A stretch of 64,000 nt of DNA from Cyanophora paradoxa CCMP329 (GCA_004431415.1 QPMI01000259.1:1-64000), one strand, 5' to 3'. Shown: positions 1-14,941, numbered from the stretch's first letter. Made by a program: numbers and translations. The notes: generated by a model not told the origin, from the sequence alone.

Positions 1-105
1 CCTAACCCAACCTAACCCTAACCCTACCCTAACCCTAACCCTAACCCTAACCCTAACCCTAACCCTAACCCTAACCCTAACCCTAACCTAACCCTAACCC
101 TAACC

Positions 106-146
<41 letters not shown>

Positions 147-3100
147 CCCTAACCCTAACCCTAACCCTAACCTAACCCTAACCCTAACCCTAACCCTAAC
201 CCTACCCTAACCCTAACCCTACCCTAACCCTAACCCTAACCCTAACCCTAACCCTAACCCTAACCCTAACCCTAACCCTAACCCTAACCTAACCCTAACC
301 CTAACCCTAACCCTAACCCTAACCTAACCCTAACCCTAACCCTACCCTAACCCTAACCCTAACCCTAACCCTAACCCTAACCCTAACCCTAACCTAACCC
401 TAACCCTAACCCTAACCCTAACCCTAACCCTAACCCTAACCCTAACCCTAACCCTAACCCTAACCCTAACCCTAACCCTAACCCTAACCCTAACCCTAAC
501 CCTAACCCTAACCCTAACCTAACCCTAACCCTAACCCTAACCCTAACCCTAACCCTAACCCTAACCCTAACCCTAACCCTAACCCTAACCCTAACCCTAA
601 CCCTAACCCTAACCCTAACCCTAACCCTAACCCTAACCCTAACCCTAACCCTAACCCTAACCCTAACCCTAACCCTAACCCTAACCCTAACCCTAACCCT
701 AACCCTAACCCTAACCCTAACCCTAACCCTAACCCTAACCCTAACCCTAACCCTAACCCTAACCCTAACCCTAACCCTAACCCTAACCCTAACCCTAACC
801 CTAACCCTAACCCTAACCCTAACCCTAACCCTAACCCTAACCCTAACCCTAACCCTAACCCTAACCCTAACCCTAACCCTAACCCTAACCCTAACCCTAA
901 CCCTAACCCTAACCCTAACCCTAACCCTAACCCTAACCCTAACCCTAACCCTAACCCTAACCCTAACCCTAACCCTAACCCTAACCCTAACCCTAACCCT
1001 AACCCTAACCCTAACCCTAACCCTAACCCTAACCCTAACCCTAACCCTAACCCTAACCCTAACCCTAACCCTAACCCTAACCCTAACCCTAACCCTAACC
1101 CTAACCCTAACCCTAACCCTAACCCTAACCCTAACCCTAACCCTAACCCTAACCCTAACCCTAACCCTAACCCTAACCCTAACCCTAACCCTAACCCTAA
1201 CCCTAACCCTAACCCTAACCCTAACCCTAACCCTAACCCTAACCCTAACCCTAACCCTAACCCTAACCCTAACCCTAACCCTAACCCTAACCCTAACCCT
1301 AACCCTAACCCTAACCCTAACCCTAACCCTAACCCTAACCCTAACCCTAACCCTAACCCTAACCCTAACCCTAACCCTAACCCTAACCCTAACCCTAACC
1401 CTAACCCTAACCCTAACCCTAACCCTAACCCTAACCCTAACCCTAACCCTAACCCTAACCCTAACCCTAACCCTAACCCTAACCCTAACCCTAACCCTAA
1501 CCCTAACCCTAACCCTAACCCTAACCCTAACCCTAACCCTAACCCTAACCCTAACCCTAACCCTAACCCTAACCCTAACCCTAACCCTAACCCTAACCCT
1601 AACCCTAACCCTAACCCTAACCCTAACCCTAACCCTAACCCTAACCCTAACCCTAACCCTAACCCTAACCCTAACCCTAACCCTAACCCTAACCCTAACC
1701 CTAACCCTAACCCTAACCCTAACCCTAACCCTAACCCTAACCCTAACCCTAACCCTAACCCTAACCCTAACCCTAACCCTAACCCTAACCCTAACCCTAA
1801 CCCTAACCCTAACCCTAACCCTAACCCTAACCCTAACCCTAACCCTAACCCTAACCCTAACCCTAACCCTAACCCTAACCCTAACCCTAACCCTAACCCT
1901 AACCCTAACCCTAACCCTAACCCTAACCCTAACCCTAACCCTAACCCTAACCCTAACCCTAACCCTAACCCTAACCCTAACCCTAACCCTAACCCTAACC
2001 CTAACCCTAACCCTAACCCTAACCCTAACCCTAACCCTAACCCTAACCCTAACCCTAACCCTAACCCTAACCCTAACCCTAACCCTAACCCTAACCCTAA
2101 CCCTAACCCTAACCCTAACCCTAACCCTAACCCTAACCCTAACCCTAACCCTAACCCTAACCCTAACCCTAACCCTAACCCTAACCCTAACCCTAACCCT
2201 AACCCTAACCCTAACCCTAACCCTAACCCTAACCCTAACCCTAACCCTAACCCTAACCCTAACCCTAACCCTAACCCTAACCCTAACCCTAACCCTAACC
2301 CTAACCCTAACCCTAACCCTAACCCTAACCCTAACCCTAACCCTAACCCTAACCCTAACCCTAACCCTAACCCTAACCCTAACCCTAACCCTAACCCTAA
2401 CCCTAACCCTAACCCTAACCCTAACCCTAACCCTAACCCTAACCCTAACCCTAACCCTAACCCTAACCCTAACCCTAACCCTAACCCTAACCCTAACCCT
2501 AACCCTAACCCTAACCCTAACCCTAACCCTAACCCTAACCCTAACCCTAACCCTAACCCTAACCCTAACCCTAACCCTAACCCTAACCCTAACCCTAACC
2601 CTAACCCTAACCCTAACCCTAACCCTAACCCTAACCCTAACCCTTAACCCTAAACCTAACCTACCCTAACCCTAACCCCAAACCCTACCCCTAACCCTAA
2701 CCCTAACCCTAACCCTAACCCTAACCCTAACCCTAACCCTAACCCTAACCCTAACCCTAACCCTAACCCTAACCCTAACCCTAACACTAACCCTAACCCT
2801 AACCCTAACCCTAACCCTAACCCTAACCCTAACCCTAACCCTAACCCTAACCCTAACCCTAACCCTAACCCTAACCCTACCTAACCCTAACCCTAACCCT
2901 AACCCTAACCCTAACCCTAACCCTAACCCTAACCCTAACCCTAACCCTAACCCTAACCCTAACCACCCTAACCCTAACCCTAACCCTAACCCTAACCCTA
3001 ACCCTAACCCTAACCCTAACCCTAACCCTAACCCTAACCCTAACCCTAACCCTAACCCTAACCCTAACCCTAACCCTAACCCTAACCTACCCTACCCTAA

Positions 3101-3796
3101 CCCTAACCTAACCCTAACCCTAACCCTAACCCTAACCCTAACCCTAACCCTAACCCTAACCTAACCCTACCCTAACCCTAACCTAACCCTAACCCTAACC
3201 CTAACCCTAACCCTAACCCTAACCCTAACCCTAACCCTAACCCTAACCCTAACCCTAACCTACCTAACCCTAACCCTAACCCTAACCCTAACCTAACCCT
3301 AACCCTAACCCTAACCCTAACCCTAACCCTAACCCTAACCCTAACCCTAACCCTAACCCTAACCCTAACCCTAACCCTAACCCTAACCCTAACCCTAACC
3401 CTAACCCTAACCCTAACCCTAACCCTAACCCTAACCCTAACCCTAACCCTACCCCTAACCCTAACCCTAACCCTAACCTAACCCTAAACCCTAACCCTAA
3501 CCCTAACCCTAACCTAACCCTAACCCTAACCTAACCCTAACCCTAACCTAACCCTAACCCTAACCCTACCCTAACCCTAACCCTAACCCTAACCCTAACC
3601 CTAACCCTAACCCTAACCCTAACCTAACCCTAACCCTAACCCTAACCCTAACCCTAACCCTAACCCTAACCCTAACCCTAACTACCCTAACCCTAACCCT
3701 AACCTAACCCTAACCCTAACCCTAACCCTACCCTAACCCTAACCCTAACCTAACCCTAACCCTAACCCTAACCCTAACCTAACCCTAACCCTAACC

Positions 3797-3832
<36 letters not shown>

Positions 3833-4626
3833 TAACCCTAACCCTAACCCTAACCCTAACCCTAACCCTAACCCTAACCCTAACCCTAACCCTAACCCTA
3901 ACCCTAACCCTAACCCTAACCCTAACCCTAACCCTAACCCTAACCCTAACCCTAACCTAACCCTAACCCTAACCCTAACCCTAACCCTAACCCTAACCCT
4001 AACCCTAACCTAACCCTAACCCTAACCCTAACCTAACCCTAACCCTAACCCTAACCCTAACCCTAACCTAACCTAACCCTAACCCTAACCCTAACCCTAA
4101 CCCTAACCTACTAACCCTAACCCTAACCCTAACCCTAACCCTAACCCTAACCCTAACCCTAACCCTAACCCTAACCCTAACCCTAACCCTAACCCTAACC
4201 CTAACCCTAACCCTAACCTAACCCTAACCCTAACCCTAACCCTAACCCTAACCTAACCCTAACCCTAACCCTAACCCTAACCCTAACCCTAACCCTAACC
4301 CTAACCCTAACCCTAACCCTAACCCTAACCCTAACCCTAACCCTAACCCTAACCCTAACCCTAACCCTAACCTAACCCTAACCCTAACCCTAACCCTAAC
4401 CCTAACCCTAACCCTAACCTAACCCTAACCCTAACCCTAACCCTAACCCTAACCCTAACCCTAACCCTAACCTAACCCTAACCCTAACCCTAACCCTAAC
4501 CCTAACCCTAACCCTAACCCTAACCCTAACCCTAACCCTAACCCTAACCTAACCCTAACCCTAACCCTAACCCTAACCCTAACCCTAACCCTAACCCTAA
4601 CCCTAACCCTAACCCTAACCCTAACC

Positions 4627-4667
<41 letters not shown>

Positions 4668-4781
4668 CCCTAACCTAACCCTAACCCTAACCCTAACCCT
4701 ACCCCTAACCCTAACCCTAACCCTAACCCTAACCCTAACCCTAACCCTAACCCTAACCTAACCCTAACCCTAACCCTAACC

Positions 4782-4822
<41 letters not shown>

Positions 4823-5480
4823 CCCTAACCCTAACCCTAACCCTAACCCTAACCTAACCCTAACCCTAACCCTAACCCTAACCCTAACCCTAACCCTAAC
4901 CCTAACCCTAACCCTAACCCTAACCCTAACCCTAACCCTAACCCTAACCCTAACCCTAACCCTAACCCTAACCCTAACCCTAACCCTAACCCTAACCCTA
5001 ACCCTAACCCTAACCCTAAACCTAACCCTAACCCTAACCCTAACCCTAACCCTAACCCTAACCCTAACCCTAACCCTAACCCTAACCCACCCTAACCCTA
5101 ACCCTAACCCTAACCCTAACCCTAACCCTAACCCTAACCCTAACCCTAACCCTAACCCTAACCCTAACCCTAACCCTAACCCTAACCCTAACCCTAACCC
5201 TAACCCTAACCCTAACCCTAACCCTAACCCTAACCCTAACCCTAACCCTAACCCTAACCCTAACCTTAACCCTAACCCTAACCCTAACCCTAACCCTAAC
5301 CCTAACCCTAACCCTAACCCTAACCCTAACCCTAACCCTAACCCTAACCCTTACCCTAACCCTAACCCTAACCCTAACCTAACCCTAACCCTAACCCTAA
5401 CCCTAACCCTAACCCTAACCCTAACCCTAACCCTAACCCTAACCCTAACCCTAACCCTAACCCTAACCCTAACCCTAACC

Positions 5481-5521
<41 letters not shown>

Positions 5522-5613
5522 CCCTAACCCTAACCCTAACCCTAACCCTAACCCTAACCCTAACCCTAACCCTAACCCTAACCCTAACCCTAACCCTAAC
5601 CCTAACCCTAACC

Positions 5614-5654
<41 letters not shown>

Positions 5655-7261
5655 CCCTAACCCTAACCCTAACCCTAACCCTAACCCTAACCCTAACCCT
5701 AACCCTAACCCTAACCCTAACCCTAACCCTAACCCTAACCCTAACCCTAACCCTAACCCTAACCCTAACCCTAACCCTAACCCTAACCCTAACCCTAACC
5801 CTAACCCTAACCCTAACCCTAACCCTAACCCTAACCCTAACCCTAACCCTAACCCTAACCCTAACCCTAACCCTAACCCTAACCCTAACCCTAACCCTAA
5901 CCCTAACCCTAACCCTAACCCTAACCCTAACCCTAACCTAACCCTAACCCTAACCCTAACCCTAACCCTAACCCTAACCCTAACCCTAACCTAACCCTAA
6001 CTACCCTAACCCTAACCCTAACCCTAACCCTAACCCTAACCCTAACCCTAACCCTAACCCTAACCCTAACCCTAACCCTAACCCTAACCCTACCTAACCC
6101 TAACCCTAACCCTAACCTAACCCTAACCCTAACCTAACCCTAACCTAACCCTAACCCTAACCCTAACCCTAACCCTAACCTAACCTAACCCTAACCCTAA
6201 CCCTAACCCTAACCCTAACCTAACCCTAACCCTAACCCTAACCCTAACCCTAACCCTAACCCTAACCCTAACCCTAACCCTAACCCTAACCCTAACCCTA
6301 ACCCTAACCCTAACCTACCCTAACCCTAACCCTAACCCTAACCCTAACCCTAACCCTAACCCTAACCCTAACCCTAACCCTAACCCTAACCCTAACCCTA
6401 ACCCTAACCCTAACCCTAACCCTAACCCTAACCCTAACCCTAACCCTAACCCTAACCCTAACCTAACCCTAAACCCTAACCCTAACCCTAACCCTAACCC
6501 TAACCCTAACCCTAACCCTAACCCTAACCCTAACCCTAACCCTAACCCTAACCTAACCCTAAACCCTAACCCTAACCCTAACCCTAACCCTAACCCTAAC
6601 CCTAACCCTAACCCTAACCCTAACCCTAACCCTAACCCTAACCCTAACCCTAACCCTAACCCTAACCCTAACCCTAACCCTAACCCTAACCCTAACCCTA
6701 ACCTAACCCTAACCCTAACCCTAACCCTAACCCTAACCCTAACCCTAACCCTAACCCTAACCCTAACCCTAACCCTAACCCTAACCCTAACCCTAACCCT
6801 AACCCTAACCCTAACCCTAACCCTAACCCTAACCCTAACCCTAACCCTAACCCTAACCCTAACCCTAACCCTAACCCTAACCCTAACCCTAACCCTAACC
6901 CTAACCCTAACCCTAACCCTAACCCTAACCCTAACCCTAACCCTAACCTAACCTAACCCTAACCCTAACCTAACCCTAACCCTAACCTAACCCTAACCCT
7001 AACCCTACCCTAACCCTAACCTAACCCTAACCCTAACCCTAACCCTAACCCTAACCCTAACCCTAACCCTAACCCTAACCCTAACCTAACCCTAACCCTA
7101 ACCCTAACCACCTAACCCTAACCCTAACCTAAGGACTCGGCTAACCCTAACCCTAACCCTAAGGACTCGGCTAACCCTAACCCTAACCCTAACCCTAACC
7201 CTAACCCTAACCCTAACCCTAACCCTAACCCTAACCCTGACCCTGACCCTTACCCTTACCC
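1..7261. repeat. Telomere, (CCCTAA)n = TTAGGG type, left chromosome end
   Basis: ~7.2 kb continuous CCCTAA array from base 1, C-rich strand on +. It degenerates at 7106-7261 into CCCTGA/CCCTTA variants and two GGACTCGG insertions. Confidence 0.99.
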
Positions 7262-7552
7262 TCCATCGCCATTCCGGATCCAGCCCTCTGGGTGCACCAC
7301 CCAGTTCTATTCTGAGGCTAGGAGTCATTATATTCCGTAAAGAATGCTAATCTATTTAGCTACAGACATAGAGGAAGTCGTATCCAGTCCTGAATAGAGA
7401 GCCTCATAGGCCATAGGTGATTGTAGGTGCTGCTGTAGGGCATGTATCGACCAATTACTGCACAAGGCAAGAACTCCAAACAAACAAATCATGGCCCTCA
7501 GAGAGTGCGGGTGGAGCCATCCGGAGGAGGAACAACTATGGGGGGGTTACGC

Positions 7553-10500
7553 TCAATTGGGTGTGGAAAAGGAAGGGCGTGGAAAAGCCTGGGTGTTGAA
7601 GGGTTCTGAGGCCTCGCTGTCGAATCCAGGGTTTGTTTGACGGTCAAGTCTTTTGGCCCATGACCTAAAACAAGTAACAATTAGAATACTCAATGGTTCT
7701 GCAAATTTATAATGAGATGGGATCCAAGAAAGAGTCAACCTGACAGCGTCTGCAAGCTCTGCACGATCAAATTTATCGGCGGCATTGGCCAGGTCGTAGC
7801 ACAGCTGAGGTGGTATTGTGCCATCTCTTGCTATCGCATCAAGAGTCGCCAGCAGCTCAGAAGCACGCAAATGAATGCCGCCCTCCATTCCACGTGCAAG
7901 AGACCATCGTGACAAGGCCTGAGGTGTCCTCCTCCGTTGACGTGATGCATGGGAAGGATAGCCACGAAAAAGAGCTTGGTAAGTGCCACGGTCAGCAGGT
8001 AGCCCGGCCAGGATCATTGCACGAAAGGCCCGGAGTGCCCTAACTGCATCACCACAGTGCACACATCCTCCAATAAGCTCGTTGTAAGTTGCCGTTGTAG
8101 GCAAGATACCCCGCTCTGACATTTCCCTGACAACAGCAAATGCCTTCTCCAGCTGCCTTGCAAGAGCTTGCCGTTTGACAAGTAGCGTGAAGATGACGAC
8201 GTCGGCCTTAGGTTACAAACACAAGTCAGATTTCGCAAAAAGCAAACCATCAAGCAGGGCAAAAACCTGAATGCGAGCATCCTTCATAGACTGGAACACC
8301 CGCTGAAAGCGTTCGAGATCTGATGCCTGAAGGCATGCAGACAATAACGATGCATATCTGTGTGCTCATCAGAATATAAAATGAGCAGTGAACTGGTCGC
8401 TGAGATACGAACGTTACGGCATTGGGTTTAACATCATCCTTCCTCATTTCTGCACACGATATAAGAAATGTATCGAAAAAGATTGCCACAACTCATGATG
8501 AGGCACACCGCTGTACAAGGAGAGGGCATCTCGAAGCCGCCTTGCCTTTCCGAAGCCGTCAATGAGAGTGGTGTATGTGACAACGCTAGGGTGGACTCCT
8601 GCTGTCCGCATTGAATTTAAATAGCCCTCCGCAAGACTGAGGTTTCCCTGCAGAACGGATCACGCTATTGAAGGCAAGATCATCCATTCACTGACCTTCT
8701 GTACACATGCTGATATTATGGCATTGTATGCTGTTACTGAGGGAGAAATGCCTAGATCGCACATCTCTTGCCAGAGCCTGGTTGCCTGGTTGAGCTGCAT
8801 TCGCCGACCATATGCTGCAGCGACTGGTTATTCATTATCAGGTACTGAAGGTAACTGAACGAACCACGAATCAGAACCGCATAGACAACATCATCAAGAC
8901 GGCGTCCGGCCTGCTTTGCATCTTGCAGGAGCAGCCGTGCTCTTGCCAGCTGCTCACGCTGAACACACCTGACCCGGTGTCAAGCAGAACACAGAACACA
9001 GGGGTGCAAATAGTAACCCACATTTGGAGCAAAGGGGTGAAGGTTTTCTCATTCGGCTCATGTCCTGCTGAGCACATATCTGCAAAGCTGTTAGAGCACC
9101 ACGAATGACTGGATGCGAAGGCAAACTGATGACCAGAAAGCGTTGCAAATGCTCGCTGCAGCTGGCCTGTGCGGGCATAGTGATTGATCAGGATGTTGAA
9201 GGTCACAGGGTTCGGGTGCAGCCCTTGATCATTTATGGCCTTCAATATAGCAGTCATCTGCAACTCCAAAGATCAGTACACGAATCCAGCACAATAAGGA
9301 AGAGAGCGTGTGCACCTCATCATCATCGTTAGCTCGAGAACAGGCTGACAAGAGGGCATTGAACACGACTACATCTGGCAGAATGTCATCCGACAGCATT
9401 GTCTTGAACAGGGCGAGAGCTGCACAGGACTCAGTGATTCAGTTTTGCAACGCCAAATCATCAACCACTTCTGAGGCACCGTCTGAAAGCTGGCCCAACC
9501 TCGAGTGAGCTTTGATCGCATGAGTGTAGCATCGGACATCCGGCTGCACTCCATTTCCAATCATGCGCTCGAATACCCCTAGAACCATGTTCCAGTCTCC
9601 GAGGTGCCTGGCAGTGCTCATCACTATTTCGTAGACCTTTGTACCCAACTTGCGTCCAGCGTTCTCGAGCTTCTTTATCAAATACATTGACTTCGTGATC
9701 TGCAAATAAGCAGGATATAAACAATCCACAATAAAGCAAAAAACTATTATAAGAATTTACCTGTTTCTCTGAGCAATACATTTGAACCAGAGCTGCTGTT
9801 GGGTCCTCTGAGTGTTCCAGAAGTTCTGGACCAAGCTTGTCGAGGATGCGACACGCCCTGCATCGAGAAAATGTCCGTTGCAGCAGACGTGTTGAAATTG
9901 AGATTGCGCACTCTGGAATGCTCGAACGCAGACTCTCTTCGACAAGTACAGCCAATAATCTTGTTCCAGAGTCCGAACTCAGCTCAAAGTCGGCGGGCTC
10001 ACGAATCATTGCTTCAGCAGCCTCCACAGTTAACGATGCGGAAGAGGCCAAGGCCCTCACACGAGGCACCAAACTGATTGACAGAATCACCAAAGAAGAA
10101 GCCTAAATTTTGAATTTCGCAAGGGAATGCTCACTCATGTAGGCTCTGAGGTATGTTCACCGGCGAGGATTTTTCTAAAATCAGTGTGACCGGTCCGACC
10201 CGTTGTCGGATCGCTGTGGCGACTCGTGTTAGGTCTTCGGCCGACCTGAGGAGCATGAGGAACACACATAGGTAACCCAGCGATAAGAAACTACCAGATA
10301 TCATTGCCGAAGACTGAGCTGACAGCGGCGAGACGATCACCGATGGAAACCTTGCCCGAATTGTCTATGCCAACGACAGGTCAGTAGCTGGAGATCGGCA
10401 AGGTCGCCTCGCGCACCAGCGTTGCCGCCGCTGGCGAGATCTTTGACCCACAGGCCACCTTCTCGTTCCTCTACGAGTATTCCTGCGCGCCAAGTCAACT

Positions 10501-11073
10501 CCTGGAATTGTGCGCGGAGCCCGCAAGGGCTGAAGAATCGTGGTGCAGTTCGAAGCCCTCGGTGGGCCCCTCGCGAGGCTCAATCTTACCGAGGGGTTTC
10601 TCGAGCTGCACTTCAATCAACTCTCCGAGTGCGATCTGCAGCCTGATCATGTCGACGGTGGACGTCGACGCTGGCCGGCGCCCCTCTCCAAGCATGGCGT
10701 CCTGACGAGGCGGCGGATGCTCGGCGCGCGGCGTCTCTGCGCACATGTGAGTGCTGGATGCCGCGAGGAGGCGACGACACTGACCGCCGCCGCTGCTTCT
10801 TGCGCGCGGCTCGTTCGGTCGCACGTGCGAAGGAGCGCGCGCGGCCATGCTCGGCGGTGCAAATGGGACCAAGGCACGAAAGAAGCTGATTCCCGTGTGC
10901 TGGACGCGGCACTCGCTGGCTGCAGGTCCGCACTCTGCACGCCGGGCCGCACGCCAGCCGGTCCGCGACGAACGGGTCGAGCCGGTCATGCGGCAAGCCT
11001 CCGAGACTGCGAGCGCGTGACGCGGGATCGCATCCGGTGGCGGCGCGGGGGCCACGAGGAAGGCGAGCTCCAT
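7553..11073 (-). CDS. Multi-exon pentatricopeptide repeat (PPR) protein, probably organelle-targeted
   Basis: Exons encode repeated PPR motifs (GVQPDVRCYTHAIKA, GLHPNPVTFNILINHYARTG, GVHPSVVTYTTLIDGFGKA, DVKPNAVTF, GILPTTATYNELIGGC). Stop TGA at 7553. Start MELAFLVAP at 11073 is inferred and the 5' exon structure is uncertain. Confidence 0.85.
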
Positions 11074-11219
11074 TGATTCGCGTGGCTGGCCGCACGCGCC
11101 GACGGGCTGGCCTGTACCCGCCACCAGCTAGCCTTACGCACTACCGCCGGCGTCCCTCTGTCTACCTACGTGCCCAGCAGATCCACACAAGACGGGTACA
11201 ACTATCCACATAAGCCGAG

Positions 11220-12248
11220 ATGGGCATACTGGTGCGCCGTAGCTAGGTTCTCCTAGCTTTCCTCTGCATATCGTTCGCCGAGCTAGCTATAGCGCCCCCC
11301 CGGTAGCTGCGCCGGCGACCGATGCGGCGCGCACGAAGAGTCTGAGCTTCACGCGCTGCGCGGCCGCAGCTGTCCCGAATCTTCGGGGCGCTCTTCAGCG
11401 ACAAGGAAGTCCGCATTCTCGTGCTAGGGCTGGACAATGCCGGCAAAACAACGATTCTGTACAGGATGCAAGTGGGCGAAGTGGTGCGCGGCCAGACTAC
11501 CGCGCCGCTCGGTGCCCCGTCGAATGCGTGCTGATGGAATGTGCCGCGCGCCCGCCGCAACAGGTGACGACTATACCGAGTGCGCTCGTCCAGGACAACG
11601 CAGTGATTCGTGCTGAGTTCTTGTGCAGCAATAGGGTTCAACATGGAAACGATCACATACAAGAACATCAAATTCCAAGTGTGGGATCTAGGTCCGAGCG
11701 AGCCCCACGGCGTGTTTGCGAGCCTCTGAATTGATCCGCGTGCAGGGGGCCAGCAAAGCATCAGGTGCTGAGCGTGTTCCGGGTTTGTAACGTGTTCATT
11801 GCTCAATCTATGTCGCAGGCCGTACTGGCGATGCTACTTCCCAAAGACGAACGCAATTATTTACGTGGTCGATGCAGCAGACAAGGAGAGGATAGGAATA
11901 TCCAAGCAGGAGCTCTTGGCGCTTCTGGAGGTGCCCAGAATCGCTCGAAACGCCAAGTGTAGTTAACAGTTTTCGCAGGAGGAGGAGCTCAAAGATTCGT
12001 CTCTCCTTGTCTTTGCAAACAAACAAGACCTGGCAGGCGCAATGAATGCTGCAGAGGCAAGGGCGCCTACCCTAAAGAAGCTGCATCAAGCAGTCATATT
12101 CACTTATCCGCACCAGGTGTCCGAGACGCTGGGCCTGTCATCTGTGAAGAACAGACAATGGACGATCTTCCCATGCTCTGCACTCAAAGGAGAAGGCCTC
12201 ACTGACGGTTTGGAATGGTTGTCCAATGTAGTGAAAGGGAAGGCTTGA
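11220..12248 (+). CDS. ARL1: ADP-ribosylation factor-like GTPase 1 (8 coding exons)
   Basis: Spliced product [82 protein letters not shown]...FANKQD...[16 protein letters not shown]. It has the G1/G3/G4 motifs and the ARL1-typical RPYWRCY. One GC donor at 12057. Confidence 0.93.
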
Positions 12249-13169
12249 TGTCGGTTGCTTGAATATACAGAATACATACGAGGTTGATCGGGGCTGGACT
12301 TTGTTTTCGATTAAAAAGTCCTCGCGACTGCACACTTTTTTCGAGCTCCTCGAGCTCTTCCACTTTCAAGATTACGCTTCCACTATCGTTCGCCTGAAGG
12401 GCTGCTTTTAATTTCAGATGCATATGGGGCGCGCCCTTGAAATTGGCGATTAAACTCTTCTCAGACTCTGATAGTCTCCCTCACGTGCACAGGCATGGCC
12501 CGTGAGCCGTCGTTTCGTTCAAGCACGAGCCCCGGCAGCAGGCCCCAGCCCGGCGGCTGCAAGCCGCTGAGCCTGGCTGCCCGCAGCCCGCAGGGGCAAC
12601 CTCGATGAGATCTAGATCGATATCATAATTAATATTGAAATCATGATCAAAGCCCGCATGATCATCGGATCATCGGATCAAGATGATTAAGATGTGAAGG
12701 CCAACCATCTAGAGAGGTGTCATCCAACCATCGTAATCGAAATCAAACTAAAGTCTGTCCAACTATTGGAATTGGTGGAAAGGTCCCTGCACGTGGCAGC
12801 AGTCGACGTCGCACCGCAGTACTAGTGTACATGTAAATCCCACAGCATGTCCTCAGTGTGCGTACCTCCGCCTCAAACGTCGGCACAGGTCTGCAGTACA
12901 GGGCGCCAGCGGGACAGGGCGCCGCCGCGGAGGCGGGGAGCGGGAGGTGGCATGGCGCCGGCTGGGATGGGCGCAGCTACCGGTAGCGCTAGTCTGCAGT
13001 AAGCATGCCCGGGGTACGCATGAAGACCGAATGTCAACCCTAAGCGTTGGAACCAGCCACGTGCACGCAATCAGAGACGTCCTAATCGTAGTCGTAATTC
13101 AAAGACGTCCAACCTAAGCTCAGTCATCCAACCCCTAATCGTAATCGCAAAACTAAAAAATTGAGGTAT

Positions 13170-14662
13170 CTAGAACTTAACAATCTTAACTCGTTTGGAA
13201 GCTGAACTCTTTTGTGACTCCTCTGCACTCTTTTGGGGTGCGGGTACTCCCAGCACTCCCTGTCCGCGAGGGCCGCTGCCATCGCAATCCTGTAAAAACT
13301 GACCTTAGCTTGGTGCAAGCCTGATACTATCTACAAGCTCTCACCTTGGCGAGGTGGTGCACACTGCTACAACGCTTGCAGGAGCCTCCACGAGGATAGA
13401 TTCCCTTTGCATTCTTACTGCATTTTCCAGCAAGGTGTCCCATCTCCCCACATACTGCACGAACCCACAATGATACGCGATCGAACCCAAAATGATTAGC
13501 GACAGCTGAATTTGCGCATAGCACCGCTTACCGAAACACGTTGCAAACGGGAACGAGCCTGGAATTTTGGGCTTCGGACAGTCTTTCAGAGTGTGAGAGC
13601 CTCCCTGCATCGCCACCCCGTTTCAGCGGAACGAATCCGACTAGAGTTGATGAGTGATAACGTACACAGTTGAAGCATATTCCAACCGAGCTCGAGTCTT
13701 GGCCTTCCGGGCATTCGGCTACAGCATGCCCCTTTTTCCGGCATCGAAGACATATCAGATTGCTCTGCCTCTTCTCGTGCCGGTACTTTGCGAAGTCCTT
13801 GATTGGCATTCTGCATTCTGCTTTTGTATGTCCTACTTTGCCGCACTTGAAACAGGTGATGTTTGCTGCAGGCGTCGCAAACTTCGCAATGTCAGAAAAA
13901 AAGGATTAACATGTCGAAACATGTAACTGCAATTACCTTGCTTGCGTGCTGTTTCCGAGCAGCTTCGCGACCCGCAGCGATTTCGGAGACGTCTCGGTGG
14001 GCGTGAGTATGTCCAACTGTGGAAGTCGCTTTGGATTGATCGGTTGTGCTCGCTGAGCTTGTGAATTAAAGAGCGTCTAGCAGATGTGGCCCAATTTGTA
14101 AAACTTACCGGGCTCGCTTCCGTCCACTTGCTGCTTCCGCTTCTCCCGTTCTGAAGCAACACAATTAAATATGCACTAGGGGCGGAGCCTCGACAAGAGT
14201 CACCCCGCTCTTTCTTGCCCTTGCGCTTCTTTAACCCTCCAGTCTCCGCTTCAGCATCTTCGCCTGATCGCTCATTTTTCTCAATGGAATCTGCCTCCCG
14301 AGTGGCTTCTTCAGCTTCGCTTTCCCGAGTGGCTTCATCAGCTCCGCTTTCCGCCGTCTCAGGTTGCCGCCGTCGCTTTTTGACCACTTCATCGCCGCCA
14401 GAGTCGCCGGTGGGCTCGCCAGCCGCGGAGGCAGCCGCTGCGGCGCGAGCAGCCTGCGTGCGAGAGCGTCAAAAATGCGCCTGCGTCGCGGGGAACGGTT
14501 CACCTGGCGCTTCGCACGATCCCTATCGCGCTTTCCTTTCCGCGCTTTTTTATCGCCTGTTCCTGCAGCTGGCGCGGGCGACACTGGCGCGTCTACGTCG
14601 CGCTCCACCTGGAGCTGCTCGCCATCCTCTGGAGGAGCGCTATCTCTGGCTTTCTTGGGCAT
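13170..14662 (-). CDS. CCHC zinc-knuckle protein, ZCCHC9-like
   Basis: Four knuckles (CLRCRKKGHAVAEC, CFNC..HTLKDC, CFVCGEMGHLAGKC, CKRCSSVHHLAKDC), the GIYPRGGSC motif, a K/R/E-rich N-terminus and a C-terminal KIVKF*. Confidence 0.8.
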
Positions 14663-14941
14663 TGATCAGGAGGTAGAAGTGATCGGAAATGGCTGCGGCC
14701 GGCGTACGAGCCGCCGTGAGCGTACGCGGTGATCACTCGCTGGCGTGCTCTCGATCGCTGCGTGCGATGCTCGAGGCAATCACTGATGAAATCTCCTGCG
14801 CTGCTCGCTGCTGATCTTGATGAGCGCCTCACGAAACTTGATCATCAGTCTTGATGAACGACGAGGGTACTGGAATTGGAATTCGAACGCAACAGCTAAG
14901 TGCGGAGAACCGCCAACACAGCGGACGCACGGGCCAGTGAA

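Noticed and set aside
1-7100. Alternating perfect (about 540-2640) and indel-rich telomere zones
   Set aside because: Mostly single-base indels typical of long-read consensus error; biology cannot be inferred without reads.
7104-7328. 74-aa (RV)n ORF
   Set aside because: It is a translation of the telomeric repeat.
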